From Iamia sp. (GTDB lineage: Bacteria; Actinomycetota; Acidimicrobiia; Acidimicrobiales; Iamiaceae), in the NCBI GenBank assembly GCA_035765045.1, contig DASTYI010000112.1:3600-67599 (forward strand): 64,000 bases of DNA, in the 5' to 3' direction. The stretch's first letter is position 1. The number at the start of each line of letters is the position of its first letter. Positions 9,195 through 18,818 of this stretch are shown here, in pieces. The notes below the pieces were generated by a model. The model made no database searches. It had not been told where the DNA came from and saw only the letters and a program-made list of their open reading frames with translations. The position numbers and the translations under genes are program-made.

Positions 9195-10070
9195 GTGGAC
9201 ATCGGCGTCACCGTCTTCCAGACCGACGAGAGCTGGCACCCGGGCGAGCTGGCCCCCGAGCTCGAACGGCGGGGCGTCGCCTCGCTGTGGATCCCCGAGC
9301 ACACCCACATCCCCACCAGCCGGCGGACCCCGCCCCCCACCGGCGAGGACCCGCTGCCCGAGATGTACAAGCGGACCCTCGACCCCTTCGTCGCCCTCGC
9401 CTACGCGGCGGCCACCACCGAGCGGCTCCGGGTCGGCACCGGCATCCTCCTCCCCGCCCAGCGCGACGCCATCGTCACGGCCAAGGAGGCCGCCACCCTC
9501 GACCACCTGAGCGGCGGCCGGCTGGAGCTCGGCATCGGCTTCGGCTGGAACGAGGACGAGCTGGCCGACCACGGCGTCGGGATGACGGAGCGGCGGGCCG
9601 TCGTCGAGGAGCGGATGACGGTGATGCAGGCGCTGTGGGCCGACGAGGTCGCCTCCTTCACCGGCGAGCACGAGACCCTCAGCCCGTCGTGGGCCTGGCC
9701 CAAGCCGGTCCAGACCGTCGTCCGCCCCGGCCCTTCCGGTGACCCGGTGGCGCGGCCGGGCGTGCCCGTCCTCCTCGGCGGGATCGCCAGCCCGACCGTG
9801 TTCGGCCACGTCCAGCGCTACTGCGACGGGTGGATCCCGATCGGCGGCGCCGGGCTGACCGAGGCCGTCCCCCGGTTCCGGGCCGAGGCCGAGGCCGCCG
9901 GCCGGGACCCCGCCACCCTCCGGGTCATGACCTTCGGGACGCTGCCCACCCCCGAGAAGCTGGCCCACTACGCCTCGATCGGCGTCGACGAGTGCGTCCT
10001 CCGCCTCCCCTCCGCCCCCCGGGCCGACATCCTCCGCACCCTCGACTCGTACTCGGCCTACCTTCCCTAG
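9195..10070 (+). CDS. LLM class F420-dependent oxidoreductase (Rv2161c-like)
   Basis: WIPEHTHIP, DPFVALA and ATLDHLSGGRLELGIGFGWN motifs. Confidence 0.92.
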   Translation: MDIGVTVFQTDESWHPGELAPELERRGVASLWIPEHTHIPTSRRTPPPTGEDPLPEMYKRTLDPFVALAYAAATTERLRVGTGILLPAQRDAIVTAKEAATLDHLSGGRLELGIGFGWNEDELADHGVGMTERRAVVEERMTVMQALWADEVASFTGEHETLSPSWAWPKPVQTVVRPGPSGDPVARPGVPVLLGGIASPTVFGHVQRYCDGWIPIGGAGLTEAVPRFRAEAEAAGRDPATLRVMTFGTLPTPEKLAHYASIGVDECVLRLPSAPRADILRTLDSYSAYLP

Positions 10071-10904
10071 GTGCCGTTCGACGCTGTCCGGATCGACGAT
10101 CCCGCCGACCCGCGGCTGGAGGACTACCGGACGCTGACCGACCCGGCGCTGCGGAAGCGGTACGAGGCCGAGCGGGGCGTCTTCATCGTCGAGAGCGCCC
10201 TCGCCGTCGAGGCCCTCGCCGCCTCCCCCCACGCCCCCGCCACCCGATCGGTCCTCGTCGGGGAGCGGAAGCTCGCCCGCATGGCACCGGCGATCGAGGG
10301 CCTGGCCGCCCACGGCGCCACCGTCTACACCGCCGCCGCCGACGTGCTGGAGGCCACCGCCGGCTTCCCGCTCCACCGCGGCGTCGTCGCCTCGGTCACC
10401 CGGCCCGACCCGCTCGACCCGGGGGCGCTCACCGCCGGCGCCCGCACCGTCCTGGCCGTCGAGGGCGTCAACGACCACGAGAACCTCGGTGCCCTGTTCC
10501 GCTCGGCCGCCGCCTTCGGGGTCGACGCCGTCCTCCTCGACCCGACGTGCGCCGACCCCTGGTACCGCCGCTGCGTGCGGGTGTCGATGGGCCACGTCCT
10601 CGGGGTGCCCCACGCCCGGGCGCCGTGGCCGTCGGGGCTCACCGCCCTGGCCGCCGACGGCTGGCGGGTCGTGGCCCTGACCCCGGGCGCCGACCGGCTC
10701 CTCCACGCCGAGCCCACCCCGGCCGCCGCCGACCGGGTGGCCGTCGTCGTCGGGGCCGAGGGTCCCGGCCTCGACCCGGCCACCCTCGCCACCCCCGGCG
10801 TCGCCCCCGTCCGCATCGCCATGGCGCCCGGCGTCGACTCGCTCAACGTCGCCATGGCCGCCACCGTCGCCCTCGCCCACCTCCGCGGCCCCACCCTCTC
10901 GTAG
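10071..10904 (+). CDS. TrmH/SpoU family RNA methyltransferase
   Basis: ENLGALFRSAAAFG, GAEGPGL and DSLNVA SPOUT motifs. Confidence 0.93.
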   Translation: MPFDAVRIDDPADPRLEDYRTLTDPALRKRYEAERGVFIVESALAVEALAASPHAPATRSVLVGERKLARMAPAIEGLAAHGATVYTAAADVLEATAGFPLHRGVVASVTRPDPLDPGALTAGARTVLAVEGVNDHENLGALFRSAAAFGVDAVLLDPTCADPWYRRCVRVSMGHVLGVPHARAPWPSGLTALAADGWRVVALTPGADRLLHAEPTPAAADRVAVVVGAEGPGLDPATLATPGVAPVRIAMAPGVDSLNVAMAATVALAHLRGPTLS

Positions 10905-10913
10905 GGTCCGGAC

Positions 10914-11654
10914 ATGAGCGAGATCCCCGCGGGCGTCACCGTCATCCGGATCGGACGACCCGAGCGCCGCAACGCCATCGACAGCGCCACCGCCGAGCGC
11001 CTCCACGACGAGCTGATCGCCTTCGACGAGGACCCCGACCTCCGGGTCGCCGTCCTCACCGGCGACGAGCGGGCCTTCTGCGCCGGCGCCGACCTCAAGG
11101 ACCTCCCCCGCCTGCGACCGTCCGGTCCGCTGGGCCCGACCCGGCTCCGGCTGTCCAAGCCGGTGATCGCCGCCGTCGAGGGCTGGTGCGTCGCCGGTGG
11201 CATCGAGCTGGCCGCCTGGTGCGACCTGCGCGTCGCCGGTGAGAGCGCCGTCTTCGGCTGCCTGGAGCGGCGGTGGGGCGTGCCCCTGATCGACGGCGGC
11301 ACCGTCCGCCTGCCCCAGATCGTCGGCCTGGGCCGGGCCCTCGACTGGATCCTGACCGGGCGGGAGGTCCCGGCCGCCGAGGCCGAGCGGGCCGGCTTCG
11401 TCACCCGCCTCGTCCCCGACGGCACCGCCCTCGACGCCGCCGTGGCCCTCGCCGCCGGGATCGCCGAGAAGCCGTGGAGCTGCGTCACCCACGACCGCAC
11501 GTCGGTCTACGAGGCGCTCGGCCTCGGGCTGGAGGAGGCGCTCGCCAACGAGGACCGCCACGGCCAGGCCGTCATCTTCGCCGACGGCTTCCTCGACGGC
11601 GTGGCCCGGTTCGGCGAGAACCAGAGGAAGCGGTCGGAGGCCGGCGAGCGGTGA
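10914..11654 (+). CDS. Crotonase/enoyl-CoA hydratase family protein
   Basis: FCAGADLK, KPVIAAVEG..GGIELA and RRWGVPLIDGGT motifs. Confidence 0.93.
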   Translation: MSEIPAGVTVIRIGRPERRNAIDSATAERLHDELIAFDEDPDLRVAVLTGDERAFCAGADLKDLPRLRPSGPLGPTRLRLSKPVIAAVEGWCVAGGIELAAWCDLRVAGESAVFGCLERRWGVPLIDGGTVRLPQIVGLGRALDWILTGREVPAAEAERAGFVTRLVPDGTALDAAVALAAGIAEKPWSCVTHDRTSVYEALGLGLEEALANEDRHGQAVIFADGFLDGVARFGENQRKRSEAGER

Positions 11655-11857
11655 GCGCCGCCGACGACGTCCCGCCCGTCCCCGAGGTGATCGACTGCAT
11701 CGACTGCGGGGGCCGGGCCCACCGGATCACCCACCCGCCCGAGGAGGGCGACTGGGAGCCCGGCGAGGTCGTCGCCTACCGCTGCGAGGACTGCCTCGAC
11801 CGCTGGGACCTCGTCGTCCCCGGCGGCGAGGACGAGGACGCCGACGACGGCTGGTAG
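11651..11857 (+). CDS. Small zinc-ribbon protein (68 aa)
   Basis: GTGA overlap with upstream stop; CIDC..CEDC pairs; acidic tail. Confidence 0.75.
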   Translation: MSAADDVPPVPEVIDCIDCGGRAHRITHPPEEGDWEPGEVVAYRCEDCLDRWDLVVPGGEDEDADDGW

Positions 11858-11885
11858 TGCTCCCCCGTCCCCGTAGCCTCGGGGC

Positions 11886-12278
11886 ATGGCACTGGATCCC
11901 GACCTCAAGGCCCTCGCGAGCGGCAAGAACTTCGCCGCCCTCACCACCCTGATGCCCGACGGCCAGCCCCAGACCCAGGTCATGTGGGTCGGGGCCGACG
12001 ACGACCACCTCCTCATCAACACCGAGGTGCACCGGGCCAAGTACAAGAACGCCAGCCGCGACCCACGGGTGACCGTCACCGTCTGGGACGCCGAGAACCC
12101 CTACCGCTACGTCGAGGCCCGCGGCCGGGTCGTCGAGGAGGTCCGGGGCGACGCCGCCCGCGCCAACATCGACGAGCTGTCGCAGAAGTACCAGGGCACC
12201 GACTACCCCGCCGAGATCCAGAGCGAGCGCATCATCCTCCGCATCGCCCCCGACACCCTCCACAAGAACAACATCTGA
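11886..12278 (+). CDS. PPOX class F420-dependent oxidoreductase
   Basis: LTTLMPDGQPQ, KYKNASRDPRV and NPYRYVEARG motifs. Confidence 0.92.
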   Translation: MALDPDLKALASGKNFAALTTLMPDGQPQTQVMWVGADDDHLLINTEVHRAKYKNASRDPRVTVTVWDAENPYRYVEARGRVVEEVRGDAARANIDELSQKYQGTDYPAEIQSERIILRIAPDTLHKNNI

Positions 12279-12393
12279 CGTCACCGGCCCTGGCAGGGGG
12301 CGTCGGGGGCGGTAGGGTCCTGGGGCTACCGGGTGGGGACGCGGTTGGGGCGCCTCGCCGGGCTGGACTCGTGGATCCAAGGGGGATCAGCAG

Positions 12394-13743
12394 TTGCCGT
12401 CGGATGTGCCGCACCCGTTCCACGACGAGTCGGTGGTGCGTCGTCTCGTCGACGACGGCATGGTCCTCTTCCTCGCCCTCGACGACCGGGGCCGGATCGC
12501 CTGGATCGGTGAGGCCTGCCGGTCGGTCCTGGGGCGGGCGCCCGAGGAGCTGATCGGCACCAACGCCCTCGACGTCCTCCACCCCGACGACGTCCCGGTG
12601 GTGCTGGAGACGCTGTCGGAGGACGCCCGCAACGCCGACGATCGCATCCTCGTCGTCCTCCGCCTGGCCCGGGCCGACGGCCGCTGGGTCACCCTGGAGT
12701 TCGGCGGGATCGACCTGCGCGAGGCCGACGGGACCGGCCTGTTCCTGGCCTGGGGGCGGTCCTACGAGGCGCCGGGGCTACTGCTCCGGTTCCTCGGCTC
12801 GCTCCTCGAGGGCGGCGACCTGATGGGGCTGCTGGCCGAGGCGGTCCGCTGGAGCGACGTCCAGGCGCCCTACGGGCGGACATCGTTCGTCGTGACCGAC
12901 CCGGGGGGCCGGCGGGTGGTGGTGGCGGCCGAGGACCTCGACCCGGCGCTGGCCACCCCGCACGCCGTCGGCGTCGAGCACCTGGAGCGGGCGGCTCCGG
13001 GTCACCACGGCCTGGTCGAGCTGGCCCTCGACGACCTCGACCCCGCGGTGGCGACCGCCGCCCGCACCGCCGGGTTCGACGGTGTGTGGCTGGCGCCCGT
13101 CCTGGCCGAGGAGGGCGGCCTGCCGACCGGGGTCGTGGCCGTGTGGCGCCTCCGGCCCGGTCCGCCGCGGGCCGGCCACGCCCGGCACTACACGGCGGTG
13201 GCCACCCTCGCCCGGCTCGCCCTGCACTGGTCGACCACCCAGTCGGACCTCCGGGCGGCGGCCACGATCGACCCGCTGACCGGCGTCGCCAACCGCACCG
13301 AGATGGTCAGCCGGATGCGCGGCGAGGGCACGCAGCTGTCGGCCCTGCTGTTCTGCGACCTCGACGACTTCAAGGCGGTGAACGACCGCCACGGCCACCT
13401 GGCCGGCGACCGGGTCCTCCAGGCGGTGGCCTCGCGCATGGCCGGCACGGCCCGACCGCAGGACGTCCTGGCCCGACTCGGCGGCGACGAGTTCGCCCTC
13501 TGGTGCCCCGACATCGCCACCCCCGCCGAGGCCGAGGGCCTGGCCGCCCGGCTGGTCGACGTGCTGGCCCGCCCGGTCGTGGTCGAGGACGAGACGATCC
13601 CGCTCGGGTGCAGCGTGGGCCTGGCCCTGGTCGACGGGCCGCTGGCCGACGAGGCCGACGTCGACCGGATCCTCGGCCACGCCGACCGGGCCCTCTACCG
13701 GGCCAAGCGCACCGGCAAGCACCGCTGGTCCACCGACGACTGA
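12394..13743 (+). CDS. PAS/GAF-like sensor diguanylate cyclase
   Basis: PAS (LHPDD), DPLTGVANR, DLDDFKAVNDRHGH, and RPQD I-site before GGDEF. Confidence 0.92.
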   Translation: MPSDVPHPFHDESVVRRLVDDGMVLFLALDDRGRIAWIGEACRSVLGRAPEELIGTNALDVLHPDDVPVVLETLSEDARNADDRILVVLRLARADGRWVTLEFGGIDLREADGTGLFLAWGRSYEAPGLLLRFLGSLLEGGDLMGLLAEAVRWSDVQAPYGRTSFVVTDPGGRRVVVAAEDLDPALATPHAVGVEHLERAAPGHHGLVELALDDLDPAVATAARTAGFDGVWLAPVLAEEGGLPTGVVAVWRLRPGPPRAGHARHYTAVATLARLALHWSTTQSDLRAAATIDPLTGVANRTEMVSRMRGEGTQLSALLFCDLDDFKAVNDRHGHLAGDRVLQAVASRMAGTARPQDVLARLGGDEFALWCPDIATPAEAEGLAARLVDVLARPVVVEDETIPLGCSVGLALVDGPLADEADVDRILGHADRALYRAKRTGKHRWSTDD

Positions 13744-13761
13744 GGGCAGCGACGAGGGCCG

Positions 13762-15522
13762 TCAGCCCGAGAGCGGGCAGGCGTCGGGGGCGACCGACCG
13801 GTCCGGGACGCGGTACAGGCGCTCGCCGGCGGCCTCGACCACCAGCTCCAACGGACGGGCCGCGGCGGGGTCGGCGAGGGCGGCCCACGGCGTGAGGGCC
13901 ACCCGCTCGGTCACCACGACGAAGCGGATGTCGTAGCGGGCCAGGCAGTCGAGGGCGCCGTCGTCGGGCAGGGACTCCAGCCGCTCGCCCAGGGCGAAGG
14001 CGGACGGCGGGTAGTAGCCGGCGAAGCCGTTGGCGATCGGGCGGTCGTGGGCCGAGGACCGCAGCACGAACTCCTCCTGGGCGTCGAAGTCCCCGAGCCC
14101 GGCGTAGGCGTCGGGCAGGTAGACGACGCCGCCAGGCTCGTCCTGGGCCGCGACCACCTCGTCGATGGGGTGGACGGCGGCGGCGGTGACGTCCCGTCCC
14201 CCGTTCAGCCCCTCGCCCCCGATGGCGGCGATCACCAGCCCGGCACCGACCGCTCCGACGAGCCACCCCGGTCGCCCGGGCCGGCCCCGCTCGGCCCCGA
14301 CCCGGGAGCGGTCCTCCCACCGGTCGAGGGCGGTGCCGACGGCCAGGGCGGCGAGGACGGCCAGCCCCACGAGGACCAGCAGCACGAACCGCCCCGACGC
14401 CCGGATGGCCGAGAAGCCGGGGACGAAGCGGAAGGCGATGGCGTACGGGGTCCAGCCCCGCCACGCCCCCTCGCCCGGGCCGATGGCGCCGAGTGCGCCC
14501 ACCACGGTGACGACCAGGCCGAGAGCGGGCACCGCCCACCCGTGCCGCCGTCGCCACGCCGCGGTGGCCGCCAGCCCGGCCCCGACGAGGAGGAGGACCG
14601 TCACGCCCGGGAAGGCGTGGAACCCGTCGGGGCCGAACAGCGGTCGCCCGAGGGTCCCGCCCCAGAGCAGGTTGGAGTCCTCGACGATGTGCGGGGCGGC
14701 GCGCAGGAAGGCGATGTCGTCGAGGTCGAAGCGGTAGTCGGGGTAGCGGCTGCGGGTGCCGAGGTACGGCACGTAGGAGGGGACGAAGGCGGCGGCGCCC
14801 AGCCCCACGGCGAGGCCCACCGGCACCAGCCGCGACCGCACGTCGCGCCAGCGCACCGCCACCACCAGCACGGCCAGGATCAGGACGAACACGGCGTAGA
14901 AGAACGACAGGAGCCCCTGCCAGGCGATCACGAGGGCCAGCCCGGCCAGCAGCACCCGGTCGGCCGGCACCGACTCCCACTCGTCGCGCTGGGACGCCCG
15001 GTCGGCCAGCACCCAGACGGCGGCGACGATCAGCGGCAGCCCCGCCCGCCAGACCAGGTTGATGTGCATCGTCGCCAGCCACGGCACCGGCCCGAGGGCG
15101 AAGACGGCGGCGGCGACCAGCCCGGCCGAGCGGCGCCGGGTGAGGACGAAGCCCATCAGGTAGGCGGCGACGGCGTCGGCCACCACGCCGAGGACCAGCC
15201 CGGTGTTGAAGATCGCCGCCGGGCTCATCCCCAGCCCGCGCAGCGGCAGCAGCACGACGGCCAGCCCGATCAGGTGGTCCGAGAAGGTCAGCGAGTCGGG
15301 GGCGGGGGCGAACGTCGCCGCGTCGAACAGGGCGTGCTCGCCCATCAGGGCGCCCTGCACCCAGTGGATGACCCAGGCCTGGAAGCGGTTGTCGAGCCGG
15401 GTCGGCACCGCCGTCGACCACTGGTCGAGGAGGTCCCGCAGGTTGACGAGCGACCAGGCGGTGGCCACCACGGCCAGCCCGAGGACGGGCACGCCGTGGC
15501 GGCGGGCGATGCGGCGGATCAT
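13762..15522 (-). CDS. Multi-pass membrane protein (YfhO/GT-C-like)
   Basis: About 10 or more hydrophobic helices; LTFSDHL, IRASGRF and IANGFAGY motifs; ATGA overlap with recG stop. Confidence 0.75.
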   Translation of the reverse strand: MIRRIARRHGVPVLGLAVVATAWSLVNLRDLLDQWSTAVPTRLDNRFQAWVIHWVQGALMGEHALFDAATFAPAPDSLTFSDHLIGLAVVLLPLRGLGMSPAAIFNTGLVLGVVADAVAAYLMGFVLTRRRSAGLVAAAVFALGPVPWLATMHINLVWRAGLPLIVAAVWVLADRASQRDEWESVPADRVLLAGLALVIAWQGLLSFFYAVFVLILAVLVVAVRWRDVRSRLVPVGLAVGLGAAAFVPSYVPYLGTRSRYPDYRFDLDDIAFLRAAPHIVEDSNLLWGGTLGRPLFGPDGFHAFPGVTVLLLVGAGLAATAAWRRRHGWAVPALGLVVTVVGALGAIGPGEGAWRGWTPYAIAFRFVPGFSAIRASGRFVLLVLVGLAVLAALAVGTALDRWEDRSRVGAERGRPGRPGWLVGAVGAGLVIAAIGGEGLNGGRDVTAAAVHPIDEVVAAQDEPGGVVYLPDAYAGLGDFDAQEEFVLRSSAHDRPIANGFAGYYPPSAFALGERLESLPDDGALDCLARYDIRFVVVTERVALTPWAALADPAAARPLELVVEAAGERLYRVPDRSVAPDACPLSG

Positions 15523-17699
15523 CCCTTGAGCAGGAAGTCCTGCTCCTCCTCGCCGAGGAAGAGGCTGACCTCGTCGGCCAGCAGCGGGTTGGCGGCCAGC
15601 TCGGGGTCGGCGTCGACGAGGGCGATGGCGACCTCCCGAGCCTTGGCCACCCACTCCCGGTCGCGCCGCAACGAGGCCAGCTTGAGGTCGCTCCGCCCCT
15701 TCTGGCGACCGCCCATCAGGGTCCCCTCGCCCCGCAGGTCGAGGTCGACCTCCGCCAGCTCGAAGCCGTCGGTCGTGCGGACCATGGCCTCCAGCCGGGC
15801 CTGGCCCTCCTCGGTGCTGCCGGCGCCGAGGAGGTAGCAGGTGCTGGCGTGGGCGCCCCGGCCGACCCGGCCCCGCAGCTGGTGGAGCTGGGCGATGCCG
15901 AAGCGGTCGGCGTCGAGTACGACCATCACGGTGGCGTTGGGGACGTCGACGCCGACCTCGATCACCGTCGTGGCCACGAGGACGTCGATCTGCCCGGTGC
16001 GGAAGCGCTCCATGACCGCCTCCTTCTCCGCCGGCGGGACCCGACCGTGGAGGAGGGCGACCCGCAGGGCGGCCAGCTCGCCGTCGGGCTCGAAGGTGAG
16101 CCGGTCGAAGGTCTCCTGGGCGCTGGCCGCCTCGAGCTTGTCGGAGTCCTCGATCAGCGGGCAGACGACGTAGGCCTGGCGCCCCTCGGCCACCGCTCGG
16201 CGCACCGCCTCCCACACGGCGTCCTCGGGGTCGGGGCCCATCGGCGGCTCGGCGTCCTCGTCGTCCTCGTCGGGCACCTCGGTGCGGACCCAGTGGGTGG
16301 TGATCGGCGTGCGGCCCGGCGGGAGCTCGTCGAGCACCGACACGTCGAGGTCGCCGTAGACGGTCATCGCCGCCGTGCGGGGGATCGGCGTGGCCGTCAT
16401 GACCAGCACGTCGGGGGTGACGTCGCCGGCGCCCTGCTCGCGCAGCGCGGCCCGCTGCTCGACGCCGAAGCGGTGCTGCTCGTCGACCACGACGACACCG
16501 AGGTCGCGGAAGGCGACGGTGCCCTGGATGAGGGCGTGGGTGCCGATGACGATGTCGACGTCGCCCCGCTCCAGGCCGGCGGCGATGCGCTTGCGGTCGC
16601 CCGCCGTGCTGCGGGCGGTGAGCAGCTCGACGCCGATCGGCCGCTCGCCGAGGAGGTTGCCGTCGTCGGTGACGGTCAGCCCCTCCAGCAGCCGGCGGAT
16701 GCCGAGGTGGTGCTGTTCGGCCAGGACCTCGGTCGGCGCCATCAGCGCGCCCTGGTGGCCGCCCTGGACGGCGACGAGGAGGGCGCTCAGGGCGACGACC
16801 GTCTTGCCGGCGCCGACGTCGCCCTGGAGGAGGCGGTGCATCGGGTGCGGCCCGGCCAGGTCGCCGGCGATCTCGTCGATGACTCGCCGCTGGGCGCCGG
16901 TCAGCGGGAACGGGAGCTGGTCGTGGAAGCGGGCCACCAGCTCGCCGTCGACCCGGTGCTCGATGCCCTTGGTGACCCGCTCGAGGGCCCGCTTGCGGAG
17001 GATGAGGGCCAGCTGGACCCGCAGCAGCTCGTCGAACACCAGGCGCTTGCGGGCGACGCTGATGTCGGCGTGCTCCTCGGGGTGGTGGATGCCGCGGAAC
17101 GCCCGGGTGCGGTCGACCAGCGTGTGCTCCCGCGTCACCCAGTCGGGCAGCGGCTCGGCGAACTCCCCGGCCCGGTCGAGCACCTCGGTCATCCACCGGC
17201 CGATGTCCTGGCTCGTGATCCGCACCTTCTCGGACTGCGGGTAGACGGGCACGAAGCGGCCGGTCTGGTCGCCGAGCAGGTCGACCAGCGGGTTGGTCAT
17301 CTGGACCTCGCCCCGGAAGGCGTCGACCTTGCCGAACAGGATGCACTGGGTGCCCGCCGGCAGCTGCCGCTCCCGCCAGCCCTGGTTGAAGAAGGTGACC
17401 TTGAGGTGGCCCGACCCGTCGGTGACGTCGGCGGTGACCAGGGTGCGGGGCGGGCGGCCCCGGGTGCGGCGGGACTGGATGCGGCGGACCTCGCCCACGA
17501 CCATCGCCTGGTCGCCGGGGCGCAGGTCGCGGATGCGGGCCTGGTTGGTCCGGTCGATGTGGCGCCGCGGGTAGTGGGTCAGCAGGTCGAGGACCGTCTC
17601 GACCTCGAAGGCCTCCCGCAGCCCCTCGGCCGCCTTCGGCCCCACCCCGGTCAGCTCCGTCACCGGCAGCTTCGCCAGCTGGGAGAGCCGTCGCGCCAT
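15519..17699 (-). CDS. recG: ATP-dependent DNA helicase RecG
   Basis: QGDVGAGKT, DEQHRFG, MTATPIPRT and QLHQLRGRVGRG motifs; wedge domain. Confidence 0.97.
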   Translation of the reverse strand: MARRLSQLAKLPVTELTGVGPKAAEGLREAFEVETVLDLLTHYPRRHIDRTNQARIRDLRPGDQAMVVGEVRRIQSRRTRGRPPRTLVTADVTDGSGHLKVTFFNQGWRERQLPAGTQCILFGKVDAFRGEVQMTNPLVDLLGDQTGRFVPVYPQSEKVRITSQDIGRWMTEVLDRAGEFAEPLPDWVTREHTLVDRTRAFRGIHHPEEHADISVARKRLVFDELLRVQLALILRKRALERVTKGIEHRVDGELVARFHDQLPFPLTGAQRRVIDEIAGDLAGPHPMHRLLQGDVGAGKTVVALSALLVAVQGGHQGALMAPTEVLAEQHHLGIRRLLEGLTVTDDGNLLGERPIGVELLTARSTAGDRKRIAAGLERGDVDIVIGTHALIQGTVAFRDLGVVVVDEQHRFGVEQRAALREQGAGDVTPDVLVMTATPIPRTAAMTVYGDLDVSVLDELPPGRTPITTHWVRTEVPDEDDEDAEPPMGPDPEDAVWEAVRRAVAEGRQAYVVCPLIEDSDKLEAASAQETFDRLTFEPDGELAALRVALLHGRVPPAEKEAVMERFRTGQIDVLVATTVIEVGVDVPNATVMVVLDADRFGIAQLHQLRGRVGRGAHASTCYLLGAGSTEEGQARLEAMVRTTDGFELAEVDLDLRGEGTLMGGRQKGRSDLKLASLRRDREWVAKAREVAIALVDADPELAANPLLADEVSLFLGEEEQDFLLKG

Positions 17700-17720
17700 C
17701 CCCGCGACCCTACCGACCCC

Positions 17721-17772
17721 CGAACTTTGGACGGGACCCCGCCGCATGTGGCGGGTTCACGTCCAAGGTTGG
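17721..17772. repeat. REP-like imperfect palindrome (family C, copy 2, inverted)
   Basis: Reverse complement matches 9098-9148 with few differences; overlaps the DUF2332 stop codon. Confidence 0.85.
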
Positions 17773-18815
17773 AGGGGGGTGAGGTGGAGCCAGGGGGCGT
17801 GGGGGTGGGCGTGGCCGACGACGACGGGCGGGAGGGGACGGGCGGCGCGCCAGCGGTGGAGGGTGAGGACGGTCTCGCCGCCGGGGGCGCGCTCGGCCGG
17901 TCGGGCGGGGGGTTCGGCGGTGAGCCAGGAGACGGGGCGGCCGGACGTGGCGAGGGCGGCCAGGGCGGCGGGGACGAGGGGGCGGCGGTCGCGGCGGACG
18001 TAGGTGAGGGCCCAGCTGCTCGTCACGACCAGGTGGGTGTCGGGGGCGGTGGCGCCGGCGACGGCGGCGAGGTCGTCGACCATGTCGCCGGCCACCAGCG
18101 GCGGCGGGTCGGGCCGGAGCAGGGCGACGGCGGCGCGGAACCGGGCCAGCCGCTCGGGCTGGTCGGGCCACAGGCAGGCCTCCAGCCAGCGGACCTCCTC
18201 GGCGTCGGACAGCGCCACCGGGGCCAGGTCGATCCCCACCCGCGAGGCGATCGGCGGGAGGGAGGACGAGGCCGGCAGCACCGCCGATCCCGGCTCCAGC
18301 GCCCCCGAGCACCGCACCGGCGAGGCCGGGTCGCCGAGGACGACGTCGCCCACCTCGATCCGGTAGCGGTCGAGCCCGAGGAGCAGCCCGGCCGACGCCC
18401 CCTGCTCGACCAGGGCGACGGGCACCGGTCCGACGTCGGCGGTCGCCGCCACGAGCAGGGCCGCCAGGTAGACGACCCGGTTGACCTCGTTGGTCTGGGT
18501 CGACCGGGCGGCGACGATCGCTCGCAGCTCGGGGGCGTGGGCGAGCAGCGTGACCCGGACGTCGGGCCAGGGGTCGCCGTCGAGGTCGGGGGCGGCGGCG
18601 AACCAGCGGGCGGCCGGGACCGACGGCGACCGCAGGACCAGGTCGTGGAGGGCGGCGAGCAGCAGGACGGGTCGTTCCTGCCCGGGCCGGGCGGCGGTGA
18701 GCAGGCCCCACACCGCCGGGTCCTCGGCGGCGGCGCCGGAGATCCGGGAGTAGAGCGGCAGGTGGGCGTAGGTGGCGGCGAACTCGCGGAACCGGCCGGC
18801 GAGGTCGGGCGCCAC
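17757..18815 (-). CDS. DUF2332 family protein
   Basis: TQTNEVNR, GASAGLLL..DRY and LEACLWPDQPERLARF motifs. Confidence 0.85.
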   Translation of the reverse strand: MAPDLAGRFREFAATYAHLPLYSRISGAAAEDPAVWGLLTAARPGQERPVLLLAALHDLVLRSPSVPAARWFAAAPDLDGDPWPDVRVTLLAHAPELRAIVAARSTQTNEVNRVVYLAALLVAATADVGPVPVALVEQGASAGLLLGLDRYRIEVGDVVLGDPASPVRCSGALEPGSAVLPASSSLPPIASRVGIDLAPVALSDAEEVRWLEACLWPDQPERLARFRAAVALLRPDPPPLVAGDMVDDLAAVAGATAPDTHLVVTSSWALTYVRRDRRPLVPAALAALATSGRPVSWLTAEPPARPAERAPGGETVLTLHRWRAARPLPPVVVGHAHPHAPWLHLTPLQPWT

Positions 18816-18818
18816 CGC

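Noticed and set aside
12296-12350. G-quadruplex-like G-runs upstream of the diguanylate cyclase
   Set aside because: Expected by chance at this GC content; no independent support
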